Shown here: positions 29,554-39,189 of the stretch, piece by piece
Layout of the letters: every line of letters begins with the position of its first letter
Position numbering within the stretch: the stretch's first letter is position 1
From: Fibrobacteria bacterium
Lineage (GTDB): Bacteria; Fibrobacterota; Fibrobacteria; UBA11236
DNA length: 64,000 nt
NCBI GenBank assembly: GCA_043745805.1
Contig: JAYTSD010000006.1
Coordinates: forward strand, 1-64,000
Direction: 5' to 3'
Position numbers and translations under genes: made by a program
The notes under the pieces: model-generated
Database searches by the model: none
What the model saw: the letters and a program-made list of their open reading frames with translations, nothing else
Told to the model about the DNA's origin: nothing

Positions 29554-30955
29554 AGGTTATTCCTGAGCGCACTGAGGGTAAGGGTAAAATGAAAAAATCT
29601 AAAGAAAAATTTAACCATTCGCCCCATTCCATGCCAAAGTTTAAAATGGGTACAAGGGGATCTCCGTTAAATTCTAAAGGGAGTATTCCTCTTAAAATAT
29701 GACTTTGATCTCTATAATTGAGATTGAAAGTATTGGCTCCAATAGTTCCTCGGAAAAATCCAAAATGCGCACTAAGCGTTAAAATATTATCTGGGAAAAG
29801 TGTAGCATTCAAATAATCACGCGGATCCAAAATCGTAGTATCTTTGGAGTTACCGCTATCGCTTTCGGTATATATAGATAACTGTCCTATAACCTTGGTA
29901 TAACTTAAAGTAAGCTTATCGCGCACCAAATCAAAACCCATAGTATGGGATTGGGGAATATCTAAAATTAAATGACTATGTACATGCAAAGATTTTTGAT
30001 TAACTTCGGAATTTAAAATGCGTTTTAAATTGGGTCCTGCTAAAAAAGAATCGGGCTCGCTAAAACGAGATTCAAAAGTATTCGGGTCAATGAAAAAGGG
30101 GACGCTATAATCTAAGTCTAAATGTCCGCGACCCACGGCATGCACGCCCATACGCGATACTAAGCTGAAACGCCAAAACTGCAAACCCACTTCCGGAGAC
30201 CAAGCTTGACCGGTATATTCTCCTTGGGCATGCCCATAAACTTTTTCTTCGGGATAGGCAATAGGAAAAGAAGCGCTAGTAAATTCATTTTGTATGCCTA
30301 TGCGTCCGGCAATATCAGGTTTTAAATCACCGGCTAATCGCACTCCAAAAACATGCTTATGCACTTGTAAACCAATGCGTACATTTTTATTGGGTTCAAA
30401 ACAGTATCCAAAACTTAAAGAGCGCCAATATAAATCAAATAGCATTGGAAGCTGTATGCTACCCCGTAACAAAACTGTACCGGTACCTGCTAAACTGGTA
30501 TCGAGATTAAAGCGCCCATTTCCCAAAGCACCCAAGGCATTTAAGCGGGCATTTTCTCTCACTGCAAAAAAAGCTAAACCACCAAATAAAGGGGCGCTGA
30601 CATCCAAATGCATATTAAAGCGTTGTGAAATACTCGCCAAAGCATCGGGAATTACAAGGGTCGAATCGCCCACATCACCTAAATAACTTTGTACGGGAGC
30701 ACTAATATTAAAGGGCAAATTAAAAAGTAACTGTGCACGCCCTCCCTCTTTTAAGGGACGCAAGGGGGACTTTAAAAAATCATAGGCAAAAGCACCTGAG
30801 AGTTTGGCATCGGCTTTGCCAATAAATAATAAGGCTTGCGCATTTAAGGATTTATGGAAGAGGAAAAAAAATAAAAAGCAAAGCACTAGAAGTGTTTTGC
30901 TTAAAATTAAACGCGATAAAGAATTTATCCGTTGATAAAAATGAATTGGCTCCAC
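29543..30955 (-). CDS. Putative outer-membrane beta-barrel protein
   Basis: Signal peptide, amphipathic strands, C-terminal GITYAF. Confidence 0.6.
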   Translation of the reverse strand: MEPIHFYQRINSLSRLILSKTLLVLCFLFFFLFHKSLNAQALLFIGKADAKLSGAFAYDFLKSPLRPLKEGGRAQLLFNLPFNISAPVQSYLGDVGDSTLVIPDALASISQRFNMHLDVSAPLFGGLAFFAVRENARLNALGALGNGRFNLDTSLAGTGTVLLRGSIQLPMLFDLYWRSLSFGYCFEPNKNVRIGLQVHKHVFGVRLAGDLKPDIAGRIGIQNEFTSASFPIAYPEEKVYGHAQGEYTGQAWSPEVGLQFWRFSLVSRMGVHAVGRGHLDLDYSVPFFIDPNTFESRFSEPDSFLAGPNLKRILNSEVNQKSLHVHSHLILDIPQSHTMGFDLVRDKLTLSYTKVIGQLSIYTESDSGNSKDTTILDPRDYLNATLFPDNILTLSAHFGFFRGTIGANTFNLNYRDQSHILRGILPLEFNGDPLVPILNFGMEWGEWLNFSLDFFILPLPSVRSGITYAF

Positions 30956-31063
30956 CCAAGGAGTTTAACATTTACAATTGCAAAAATTCCATGCTAACTT
31001 TCAGATTCGTTTTTTAAAAAACTATTTGAAAGTTAAGGTTAAAGTAAATGTTAAAGAAAAAAA

Positions 31064-31441
31064 TTACAGCGCAGGCTGCAATGAAAGAGCATGCGAAGCA
31101 TTAACTGTTTCTCGTTTGGCTAAGCTTTGTTTACGCAATACTTCGGCCAATTCAGGAACATCTTTGATTTGATGTTTCATATCCGCTGAGAAGCGAAAAA
31201 GAGGAACCTTGCGCCAATCCAAAGGACAAATTTCTCCGGTCCTTGGATTTCTGGCTGGACGGGGTTTGCGAATTTTTGAATAAAAAGTTCCAAAACCTCG
31301 AATTTCTATAGTTTTCTCTGCAAGCAAATATTCGCCGATACGCTTTAATAATTGTTCCGCAACCTCTTTAATTTCAAGTTGGGAATGGCCGCTAGATTTG
31401 GCCGTTTCCTGTATCAGGTCCTGCTTCGTGACATTTTTCAA
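31064..31441 (-). CDS. HU/IHF family DNA-binding protein
   Basis: TKQDLI, IEIRGFGTF, ARNPRTGE. Confidence 0.92.
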   Translation of the reverse strand: MKNVTKQDLIQETAKSSGHSQLEIKEVAEQLLKRIGEYLLAEKTIEIRGFGTFYSKIRKPRPARNPRTGEICPLDWRKVPLFRFSADMKHQIKDVPELAEVLRKQSLAKRETVNASHALSLQPAL

Positions 31442-31527
31442 CTAAGCCTCCCGCCGCTATATCTTGGGGTGATGTACACTGAAGATACAATAGAATGTGT
31501 TGGGATGCAAGTTATTTTTGGGAAAAT

Positions 31528-31863
31528 TTAGTGGGATTGTACTTCCGCATTCATAGAAGAAAGGCTATGGGGAAGTCGATGATCGGGACCATAACCTGTG
31601 ATTTTGGAGCAAACATTTTGGCAGGTACTTTCCGATCCATAGAAAACAATAGTTTTGCCGGTTAAATCGACTTCCACGGCGCAGCGAAAAGCCGTTTCGC
31701 GCGGAAGCTTACAAGCATGGGTAAGCATTTCTACTACATAATCATAAGTGTGATCTTCATCATTAAATAAAACGACTTTAAAGTTAAGCGCGGCTTTTTC
31801 GGCGGTTTGTGTTCCCACCTCTTGCTTTTCACCAGGTTTTGGATTTTCCCAAGGTTCACTCAT
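31528..31863 (-). CDS. clpS: ATP-dependent Clp protease adaptor ClpS
   Basis: VVLFNDEDHTYDYVVEML; ATG 31863 overlaps upstream stop. Confidence 0.85.
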   Translation of the reverse strand: MSEPWENPKPGEKQEVGTQTAEKAALNFKVVLFNDEDHTYDYVVEMLTHACKLPRETAFRCAVEVDLTGKTIVFYGSESTCQNVCSKITGYGPDHRLPHSLSSMNAEVQSH

Positions 31864-32366
31864 CGCTGCAAAACTTTCTGCCAAAAGTATTTCCAAGCTT
31901 CTGCTTGTTGTCCTGCTTCAAAGACTGAAGATGAAGGAAACATTTTTTGTAAATATTCATTGATATTAGCCATAGTTTGCCGCATAAAAAAAGCTTGTCG
32001 ACTTTGCACAAATACTAAATCGGAAAAAGTGTTTTCGGGCAAATAATTTTCCAAGGGATTTAAATCGTCGTGACCCAAATCAGTTAGCACACAGCTCATA
32101 TAGCGATTAAAAAAATGATCCACTAATTGCCGGTTTTCTTCTTCATGATCCCCTAATAATTTTTCGAAAAGTTTTTCACTCTGATTTTTGGTTTGTTTTA
32201 AAAGTTGTACAAATAATCCTAAGGCGGAATCGTCCACTTCTTCGCCTAGCAATAATAATTGCCGAGAAGTCATGCGATTGAGCTCTTGCGGAGAGCTTAA
32301 GCTTTCTCCTCCCGGTAAAGAGGCGAGATAAGCTAAAATCATTTTTTCATTTTCTTCGGAAAGCAT
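31860..32366 (-). CDS. Hypothetical protein
   Basis: ORF coupled to clpS; ATG 32366 chosen over TTG 32396. Confidence 0.65.
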   Translation of the reverse strand: MLSEENEKMILAYLASLPGGESLSSPQELNRMTSRQLLLLGEEVDDSALGLFVQLLKQTKNQSEKLFEKLLGDHEEENRQLVDHFFNRYMSCVLTDLGHDDLNPLENYLPENTFSDLVFVQSRQAFFMRQTMANINEYLQKMFPSSSVFEAGQQAEAWKYFWQKVLQR

Positions 32367-32414
32367 ATGAATCCCTATTTCGCTAAAGAATAGCAAGCCA
32401 TTTTGCTAAAGAGG

Positions 32415-33782
32415 TTAAAGCGCATGAATTAATTTTTTAAACATTTTTCCTCTTTCCTTATAATTAGCAAACAACCCAAAAGACGCGCAGGCAGGTGAAA
32501 GTAAAATGGCTCCCGCTGAAATATTTTCCTGTAAAAACCTTAAAGCTTCAGGTAAATCATCGCAAAATTTTAGGGTGCTTGGCGAATGCTGTTTTTGTAA
32601 ATCACTTAAAAGTTTTGGTCCGGTTTGTCCGATAAACGCTATGCATAAGAGACGAGAAGTACTCATGAGTGCCGTTATTAAATCAGCAAAATCAGCATGC
32701 TTATCGGATCCGCCGAGTATCAGTCCAAAATGGAGATTTAATAAGGGGGTGGATTTTTCTTCGTACATTTGATTGAGTGTTGCGACCGCGGCAATAGTGG
32801 CATCAGGGCGTGTGGCATAAGAGTCATTGAAATAATCAATGTTCTGATGGTGACGAATAAATTCCAAACGATGCTCTAAACCAGAAAAATCTTTTAAAGC
32901 TTTTAAGGCTTGGTGTTGTGGAATGCCTAGAATTAAAGCGGCCGCTAAAGCCGCTGCGGCATTTTCCAAATTAAAGGCGCCGGGTAGATGCATTTCTGCT
33001 AAAAGTACGATTAAGCTTTTGGCTGGCCATTGTAAAGAGTGATTTGACAATACGATATCACCCCTTTTCCCAAAAGAAATTTTTTGCGCAGGGCTTTGCT
33101 TAGCTAAATAAATACTGCCTTCGGCATCATTATTGAATATGAGGTGATCATTGGGTTTTTGTGCCGCAACCAAATGGCTTTTGTGTTTCCAATACTCCGC
33201 AAGGTTTATATGCCAATCCAAATGCTCGCTGGTGGTTTTAAGAATAATGGCTACATGCGGACTTTTGTTGAGGGTAGAAAGTTGAAAACTAGATAATTCC
33301 AAAATCACTAAATCTTCTGGGGCGATAGCAGGGATCAAATCAAGGGCCGCTACACCGATGTTACCTCCGAGATGTATGGTGCGTTTTTCCGCATGCGCTT
33401 CCAATAATTTTTGCAATAAACTGCAACAAGTTCCTTTGCCTAAAGTACCGGTTACTCCAATGATTTGAGAGGCAGGAATGAGGTCCATAAAGAGTTCGAT
33501 TTGGGAGGTCACTTTTGCGCCCGATGCTTGAAAGGTCACTAGCTCTGGCAAATCAGGACGAATTCCTGCGGAGCGAAATAAAAGACGAATCTCCGGTAAA
33601 CGTGATAAATAATTTTCCTCACCCGCATAATTTAAAGGGACAGGCAGGTTTTTGGGAGGAATTTTATCAAAAATTAAGATATCCCTATGACCTTGTGCCA
33701 ATAAAAACCGCGCTGTGCTTTGTCCTTCTACCCCAAAACCAAGAATACCGATAGGGGTTGCAAGATTAATCTCATTAGTCAT
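32415..33782 (-). CDS. murD: UDP-N-acetylmuramoyl-L-alanine--D-glutamate ligase
   Basis: GVTGTLGKGT, GGNIG, ELSSFQL, GLEHRLE, NDSYAT, LLSPACASF. Confidence 0.93.
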   Translation of the reverse strand: MTNEINLATPIGILGFGVEGQSTARFLLAQGHRDILIFDKIPPKNLPVPLNYAGEENYLSRLPEIRLLFRSAGIRPDLPELVTFQASGAKVTSQIELFMDLIPASQIIGVTGTLGKGTCCSLLQKLLEAHAEKRTIHLGGNIGVAALDLIPAIAPEDLVILELSSFQLSTLNKSPHVAIILKTTSEHLDWHINLAEYWKHKSHLVAAQKPNDHLIFNNDAEGSIYLAKQSPAQKISFGKRGDIVLSNHSLQWPAKSLIVLLAEMHLPGAFNLENAAAALAAALILGIPQHQALKALKDFSGLEHRLEFIRHHQNIDYFNDSYATRPDATIAAVATLNQMYEEKSTPLLNLHFGLILGGSDKHADFADLITALMSTSRLLCIAFIGQTGPKLLSDLQKQHSPSTLKFCDDLPEALRFLQENISAGAILLSPACASFGLFANYKERGKMFKKLIHAL

Positions 33783-33874
33783 ATTTTCTCTTGAAGGTTA
33801 GCTACAAGTTTCCTTGTAGCAATTCCACGCATATTTTATATTCACAGCGGTTCACAACCCCCATGGAGGTTTCG

Positions 33875-34621
33875 GTGAAAGTTGAAATTCTATTAATCGC
33901 GCTATTATTTAGCGTCTCACTCAATGCTTTAATCACGGCACTCAATGCTCGTGGCTCAATTCGCATGATTTTATCTTATTTCTTTGCATTTTTATGCTTT
34001 GGGGTAGCGGTATTTTTTGCGATACAATCACAATCTAATTCCCCATCCTTAGCTCCCTTGGTGTCCATTGAACAGCCAACCAAAAATTTAACAACAATGC
34101 CAGAAAAAGTGGAAGCGGCACCAATAATGGAATTGCCAGCAACTTCGTCTTCACCTTCGCACGAAGGTATCATCATAGCTCCCTCAGCTATTGATTCACA
34201 ATCCATAGTCGCCTCCCATAATGATGCGGCAGTTGGCGAAGCCAAACAACAATTAAAAAATATTCTGGAAGCTGCACTACGCATGCAACGCGTGCTTTCG
34301 GCATTAAATACCGAAGGTATTTCAGAATTATCGGATCAGGAATACGAACAGACCCAAAGCAAGGCCGCCGGTTTTGTAACGGAGGCGAGAAAAATTCGCG
34401 ATCGCGCCATTGCCATTGGCAAAGTACCCGAGGCAGTTAAGGATGCAAAAGAAACCCTGGAAAAGGGATTAGAAAATTTAGTGGCTGCGGCAACTAATTA
34501 TGAGCGCTTTTTTAAATCTGAAAATAAAACCGAAGAAGAGGAGAGAGATTCTGCTTTTCGCAAAGCAGCCGTATCCTCGGCAGGTTTATTTAAAAGAGCT
34601 GGCGACTTAATCGCTAAATAG
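33875..34621 (+). CDS. Hypothetical membrane-anchored helical protein
   Basis: GTG start after GGAGG; two N-terminal TMs, P/S linker, helical C-domain. Confidence 0.7.
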   Translation: MKVEILLIALLFSVSLNALITALNARGSIRMILSYFFAFLCFGVAVFFAIQSQSNSPSLAPLVSIEQPTKNLTTMPEKVEAAPIMELPATSSSPSHEGIIIAPSAIDSQSIVASHNDAAVGEAKQQLKNILEAALRMQRVLSALNTEGISELSDQEYEQTQSKAAGFVTEARKIRDRAIAIGKVPEAVKDAKETLEKGLENLVAAATNYERFFKSENKTEEEERDSAFRKAAVSSAGLFKRAGDLIAK

Positions 34622-34645
34622 ATATTTGTATTCAGGAGTAAAAGA

Positions 34646-35017
34646 ATGTCATTAGTTCCAGAAAATTTGATGTATACCAAAGACCATGAATGGGCAAAAA
34701 TACAAGGTCAAGAAGCGACAATTGGAGTAACCGATCATGCACAACGGGAGTTGGGCGATATCGTTTTTGTGGAATTGCCTAAGGTGGGCGCTAAGGTGGA
34801 AAAAGGCGAGAGCTTTGGAACGATTGAAGCCGTAAAAACGGTGGCCGAATTATACGCTCCCGTAACCGGTACGGTACTAGAAATCAACACGACTTTAGCT
34901 ACTGATGCTGGCGTTTTAAATAAAGATCCTTATGGTGAGGGTTGGATTATAAAAATCAAAGTTTCGGAAATGGCTGACGATTTGATGGATGCCGCAGCTT
35001 ATAAAGCGATTATTTAG
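34646..35017 (+). CDS. gcvH: Glycine cleavage system H protein
   Basis: YTKDHEW, LGDIVFVELP, IEAVKT lipoyl lysine, DPYGEGW. Confidence 0.97.
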   Translation: MSLVPENLMYTKDHEWAKIQGQEATIGVTDHAQRELGDIVFVELPKVGAKVEKGESFGTIEAVKTVAELYAPVTGTVLEINTTLATDAGVLNKDPYGEGWIIKIKVSEMADDLMDAAAYKAII

Positions 35018-35026
35018 TTAATCTCT

Positions 35027-36214
35027 CTAACAAAATCCCATTAAGAATTTAGCAGCTGGCATTACCCTTATGCCGGTTTGTTTATCCGTGTAATCCTTAC
35101 GCCCTGTTAAGGTGACGAGAAAGCGATTGGGCACGTCTAATTTATCGCCGAAAAAGGCTAAAGTCCCTAATCCATCTGCCTCGGATAATTTGCACTCCAC
35201 TAATAGCCAAGGTTTTTTTTCCCATACAATTAAAAAATCAACTTCACGCTTTTCTCTATCGCGCACAAAAAAAAGCTCTACCTTCAATCCAAAAAGATCT
35301 TGTTGTAAGTGGCAATATTTGAGCAGATGTGAGGCTATCATATTTTCAAAGCGGGGCCCTTCTTGGGCTATTTCCGACCAATCCCAGAGATAGTATTTGG
35401 TTTCTTTTTTTAAGGCTCTTTCCAAACGCTTATGATAAGGTGGGACGGAGAATAGATAGTAGTTGCGAAGTAGTATTTCCAGCCAGTTTTTAAGCGTCTT
35501 ATCGCTTATTTCTAGGTCGACACTAAGTGAGCTTAATGATAAAGGTGAGGAAACACGTGAGGGTAACATTTCTGCTAACAATTCCATTTTGGAAAATTGC
35601 TGAATATTTTCAATGGCACGAATATCTTCGCGAAACAAGCGTTCAAAGCGTTCCTTTTGCCAACGCTTAAGGGTGCGTTCCTGACCGGATAATAAAGGTT
35701 CAGGGAAGCCGCCTAAGTGAAATAATGCCTCGATATTTTTTCCGGTTTTATCAAAAGTTAATATAGGCGCATGTTTAGAGAATGTGCGTAAGGGTGGCTT
35801 ACTATTTTCTAATTCAAATAGTGAAAAAGGGTGAAGACGATAATAATGATAACGTCCCAATAAAGAGTCTCCGCCGCGTCGGAAAATATCTAAGCGTGAG
35901 CTACCGGTAACCAAAATTTTTTGCTGGGCTTCGCGAGTGTCCCAGATTCCTTTAATTTGCGATTTCCAACCATGACTTTTGTGAATTTCATCGAATACCA
36001 AAAACTCGGTTTCTTCGGGCCAAACCATATCTAAAATACGGCGACGATGATCGCGTCGATCCCAATTCAAATAGATTGAATGTTTAAAATGCTGTGTAAT
36101 ATTGCGTGCCAAGGTAGTTTTGCCTACTTGCCGTGGCCCACCCAAGAAAACCATCTTTTTTTGAAGATCTTCTAAAATGTAGGGTTCAAGGTGTCGGGTT
36201 TTTAATAAATCCAT
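35027..36214 (-). CDS. AAA_14 ATPase with DUF4143 (PD-(D/E)xK-like C-terminus)
   Basis: GPRQVGKTT, VFDEIH, VTGSS, GGFPE, REVDFLI...VECK. Confidence 0.9.
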   Translation of the reverse strand: MDLLKTRHLEPYILEDLQKKMVFLGGPRQVGKTTLARNITQHFKHSIYLNWDRRDHRRRILDMVWPEETEFLVFDEIHKSHGWKSQIKGIWDTREAQQKILVTGSSRLDIFRRGGDSLLGRYHYYRLHPFSLFELENSKPPLRTFSKHAPILTFDKTGKNIEALFHLGGFPEPLLSGQERTLKRWQKERFERLFREDIRAIENIQQFSKMELLAEMLPSRVSSPLSLSSLSVDLEISDKTLKNWLEILLRNYYLFSVPPYHKRLERALKKETKYYLWDWSEIAQEGPRFENMIASHLLKYCHLQQDLFGLKVELFFVRDREKREVDFLIVWEKKPWLLVECKLSEADGLGTLAFFGDKLDVPNRFLVTLTGRKDYTDKQTGIRVMPAAKFLMGFC

Positions 36215-36216
36215 AC

Positions 36217-36280
36217 TGATAATTTCGTATAGTATTCCGAAATTGTCAAGACAATTTCGTATAGGACTCCGAAATTGTCA
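36217..36280. promoter_or_regulatory. Two tandem 32-bp palindromic operators upstream of ATPase
   Basis: TGATAATTTCG-N10-CGAAATTGTCA then AGACAATTTCG-N10-CGAAATTGTCA; minus-strand TTGACA at their junction (36249-36244). Confidence 0.7.
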
Positions 36281-36316
36281 GGTTGGTTGAAAGGGTATTT
36301 CTGGATTTTCGTTGCT

Positions 36317-37543
36317 TTAGAGCAGGACTTCCTGAGGCAGAGTGTGACTCAGGAAGCTGCTGGGGCTCATGCTCAGCCCATAGGCACCCGAATTAGGGAT
36401 AATTAATAAATCACCTTCTTCCGCTTGCGGCAGTTCAATTTGTTGCCCAAAAGTATCCAGTGGTGTGCATAGCGATCCGGCTACGTTTACCTTTTCCAAA
36501 GGGGCATTTAATTTATTGGCCACGGTGAGTAACATTTGGCGGCGAATAGGGCTTTGGCTGATATTTCCCGAAGCCGCAAGATGATGATGCATGCCTCCAT
36601 CCACCATTAAGAATATTTGCCCACGCGAAATTTTCTTGTATAAAATACGAGTAATATATAAACCACATTCCCCTACTAAATAACGACCTAATTCAATTTT
36701 TAAATGGGTATGTGGCAAAAGAGGAACATATTGATCCATGAGTTTTTGTAAGCCTAACCCTACGGCGGCTAAATCAAGTTCATTATCCCCTTTAAAATAA
36801 GGAATACCAAAACCTCCCCCAAGATTCAAAATTTGTATAGGTAACTTTAAGGTTTCCTGTAACTCATGAGCATATTCTAAAATTTTCCCCATCGCTTCGA
36901 GTATGGAATCCGCATTGAGGTTTTGTGTGCCGGCAAAAATATGTATGCCCTTCCATTCCAAATAGACCGAGCTTTGCAGGCGTTGGATTAAATCGGGAAC
37001 GCGCTCACTGTCGATACCAAATGCTTTGGAGCCACCTCCCATTTTAAGTCCTGAGCGTGAAAGTTCAAAAGCGGGATTAACACGAATAAGGATATTGGCT
37101 TTTTTGCCGAGCTCCTTGGCGATGGCTTCAGCAAAATCAACTTCTCTTTCGCTTTCTACACTTAAAGTACCAATATCATGGGAAATGGCAAAGCGTATTT
37201 CTGCTTCGGTTTTGCTAGGGCCTGCAAAGCTCATTTTCTTGGCTGCGACACCCGCTTGTAAAGCTTTTTCCATTTCACCGGCGGAGGCTAAATCTAAGCC
37301 TGTATAAAGCTTGCCTAAGGCACGAATGATTTCCACATGGGGATTGGCTTTTACGGCATAGGTGACTTCTAAGTTACGGGGTAAATATTTTTTTAACTCG
37401 GCTTGACGGGCGGCAAGCACGGAGGAGTCGAATATATAAAGCGGTGTGCCATAGGTTTTAGCTAAAGCAGTAATGGGCTTTCCGGCGACTTGTAATACGC
37501 CTTCTTTTTGAGAAAAGTGTTTGAAAAGAAAAGGGATTTCCAT
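36317..37543 (-). CDS. PLP-dependent decarboxylase, exosortase A system-associated type
   Basis: YAVKANP, LGGGFG, ELGRYLV, DGGMHHHLAASGN, GSLCTPLD. Confidence 0.88.
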   Translation of the reverse strand: MEIPFLFKHFSQKEGVLQVAGKPITALAKTYGTPLYIFDSSVLAARQAELKKYLPRNLEVTYAVKANPHVEIIRALGKLYTGLDLASAGEMEKALQAGVAAKKMSFAGPSKTEAEIRFAISHDIGTLSVESEREVDFAEAIAKELGKKANILIRVNPAFELSRSGLKMGGGSKAFGIDSERVPDLIQRLQSSVYLEWKGIHIFAGTQNLNADSILEAMGKILEYAHELQETLKLPIQILNLGGGFGIPYFKGDNELDLAAVGLGLQKLMDQYVPLLPHTHLKIELGRYLVGECGLYITRILYKKISRGQIFLMVDGGMHHHLAASGNISQSPIRRQMLLTVANKLNAPLEKVNVAGSLCTPLDTFGQQIELPQAEEGDLLIIPNSGAYGLSMSPSSFLSHTLPQEVLL

Positions 37544-37579
37544 AACATGTCCTTACTAATTTTTTCTAAAATACTTTTC

Positions 37580-39187
37580 TTATTTACTCTTAATGCCAAG
37601 TTTTTCAAAAACTTGCTTTTTAATCAGCGAACGATCCAATTTACCATTGGCATTGCGTGGTAAATCATCACGAATTTCCAACCCTTGCGGAATCATATAA
37701 GGCGGCATGGTTTTTTTGCAATAATCGAGGAGCAACTCTTGGGTTACGGATTGGCCTTCAATTCCCGAAAGAATTAAATAAATACTTTGCCCATAAATTT
37801 CATGCGGAATACCTAAAGCCATCACCGCCGAAACAAAACCTGAAGAATAAACGATTTCTTCGATTTCCGTGGGGCTAATACGATTGCCCGCGCTTTTAAT
37901 CATTTCATCATTACGACCCACAAAATACAAAAGCCCATTTGCTTCAATGCGTACACGGTCGCCGGAGTAAACCACGATTTCGGGATTAGGCACTTCCTTA
38001 GATTGCAAAGGATTATGCCGATAGCGAATGGCGGTAAGTTCAGGTGCATTCCAATACCCTTGCGCCACTAATACACCGCGATGCACGAGCTCCCCTATTT
38101 CTCCACTTTTAACGGCTTGATGATTTTCATCGAGCACTAAAATTTCTTCGCCTGGAATGGCCTTGCCCATGGACGTGGGGAATTGATCGGTAAGCGAAGG
38201 ATCAAGAAAGGTGGAGCGAAACGCTTCCGTGAGGCCATACATTAAATACAAATCCACCTTAGGCGCACGCGCGCGAATTTCGCGCACTAATTTTTCGGGA
38301 ATCGCTCCACCTGAATTGGTGAAGTAACGCAAAGACGGTAATTCTTCGCCTTTCCAAGGGATTTGCAAAAGTTGAATCCATGTAGTCGCTACGGCAGCGA
38401 TGCCGGTAATTTCAAATTTTTTCGCCGTGGTAATAATGTCTTTAGGAAATAAATAATCGAGTAAAACAATTTGGGCGCGACATAAAAATGTGGTGGTGAG
38501 TTGATTCAAACCATAATCAAAACCAAAAGTTAAAATACTCAGTAACCGATCATTTTCATTGATTTTTAAATACTCCGCAACGGTTTTAGCGCCGGCCACC
38601 AAATTCAAATGACTTAATACCACGCCTTTGGGGCTGCCGGTAGATCCTGAGGTATAAAGGATGGCTGCTAAATCGGGCTCCACCACATAAGGTAATGTTA
38701 ATGTTTCGGTAACATTTAAAGCATCGCTCCAATCGATAATATTGATTCCAGCTAATGTCAATTCATTGGCGGCTTCTTTAGCATCTTCAATCTTGCCGAT
38801 AGCGATAATGGTATGTAATTCCGGTAGCATTTCCCGATTTTCGGCTATTAAGGATAGTCGATTATAAGTCGTGATTAAAATTTTCGATCCACTGTCTTTT
38901 AAAATATGGGCAGCTTGAGAGCTATGCGAAAGACGACGAATCGGCACGAATACAGCACCGGCCATACTAATACCAAATATGCAGCTAACCTTTTCAAAAC
39001 GCTTTTCTAAAAAGAAGGCAACTCTATCGCCTTTAACAATGCCTTTCGAAATAAGGACCTGTGCTAATTGTTCGCTTTCCTTTTGGAAATGGGCATAGGT
39101 TTTACTTTCCTGTTTATGGAATACCGCGATTTTTTCCGGACAGACTTTAGCGGCATTTTGCAAAATTTGATGTAATACTCTTATCAT
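37580..39187 (-). CDS. Acyl-CoA ligase (AMP-forming), exosortase A system-associated type
   Basis: ILYTSGSTGSPKG, FDYGLNQL, MYGLTEAFRST. Confidence 0.88.
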   Translation of the reverse strand: MIRVLHQILQNAAKVCPEKIAVFHKQESKTYAHFQKESEQLAQVLISKGIVKGDRVAFFLEKRFEKVSCIFGISMAGAVFVPIRRLSHSSQAAHILKDSGSKILITTYNRLSLIAENREMLPELHTIIAIGKIEDAKEAANELTLAGINIIDWSDALNVTETLTLPYVVEPDLAAILYTSGSTGSPKGVVLSHLNLVAGAKTVAEYLKINENDRLLSILTFGFDYGLNQLTTTFLCRAQIVLLDYLFPKDIITTAKKFEITGIAAVATTWIQLLQIPWKGEELPSLRYFTNSGGAIPEKLVREIRARAPKVDLYLMYGLTEAFRSTFLDPSLTDQFPTSMGKAIPGEEILVLDENHQAVKSGEIGELVHRGVLVAQGYWNAPELTAIRYRHNPLQSKEVPNPEIVVYSGDRVRIEANGLLYFVGRNDEMIKSAGNRISPTEIEEIVYSSGFVSAVMALGIPHEIYGQSIYLILSGIEGQSVTQELLLDYCKKTMPPYMIPQGLEIRDDLPRNANGKLDRSLIKKQVFEKLGIKSK

Positions 39188-39189
39188 TT

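Noticed and set aside
36217-36280. Two 32-bp repeats as a mini-CRISPR
   Set aside because: Units abut with no spacer, only two copies, no cas genes; fits an operator better.
36317-37543. Calling the decarboxylase lysA
   Set aside because: HHHLAASGN motif and context match the exosortase-associated subfamily rather than housekeeping LysA.
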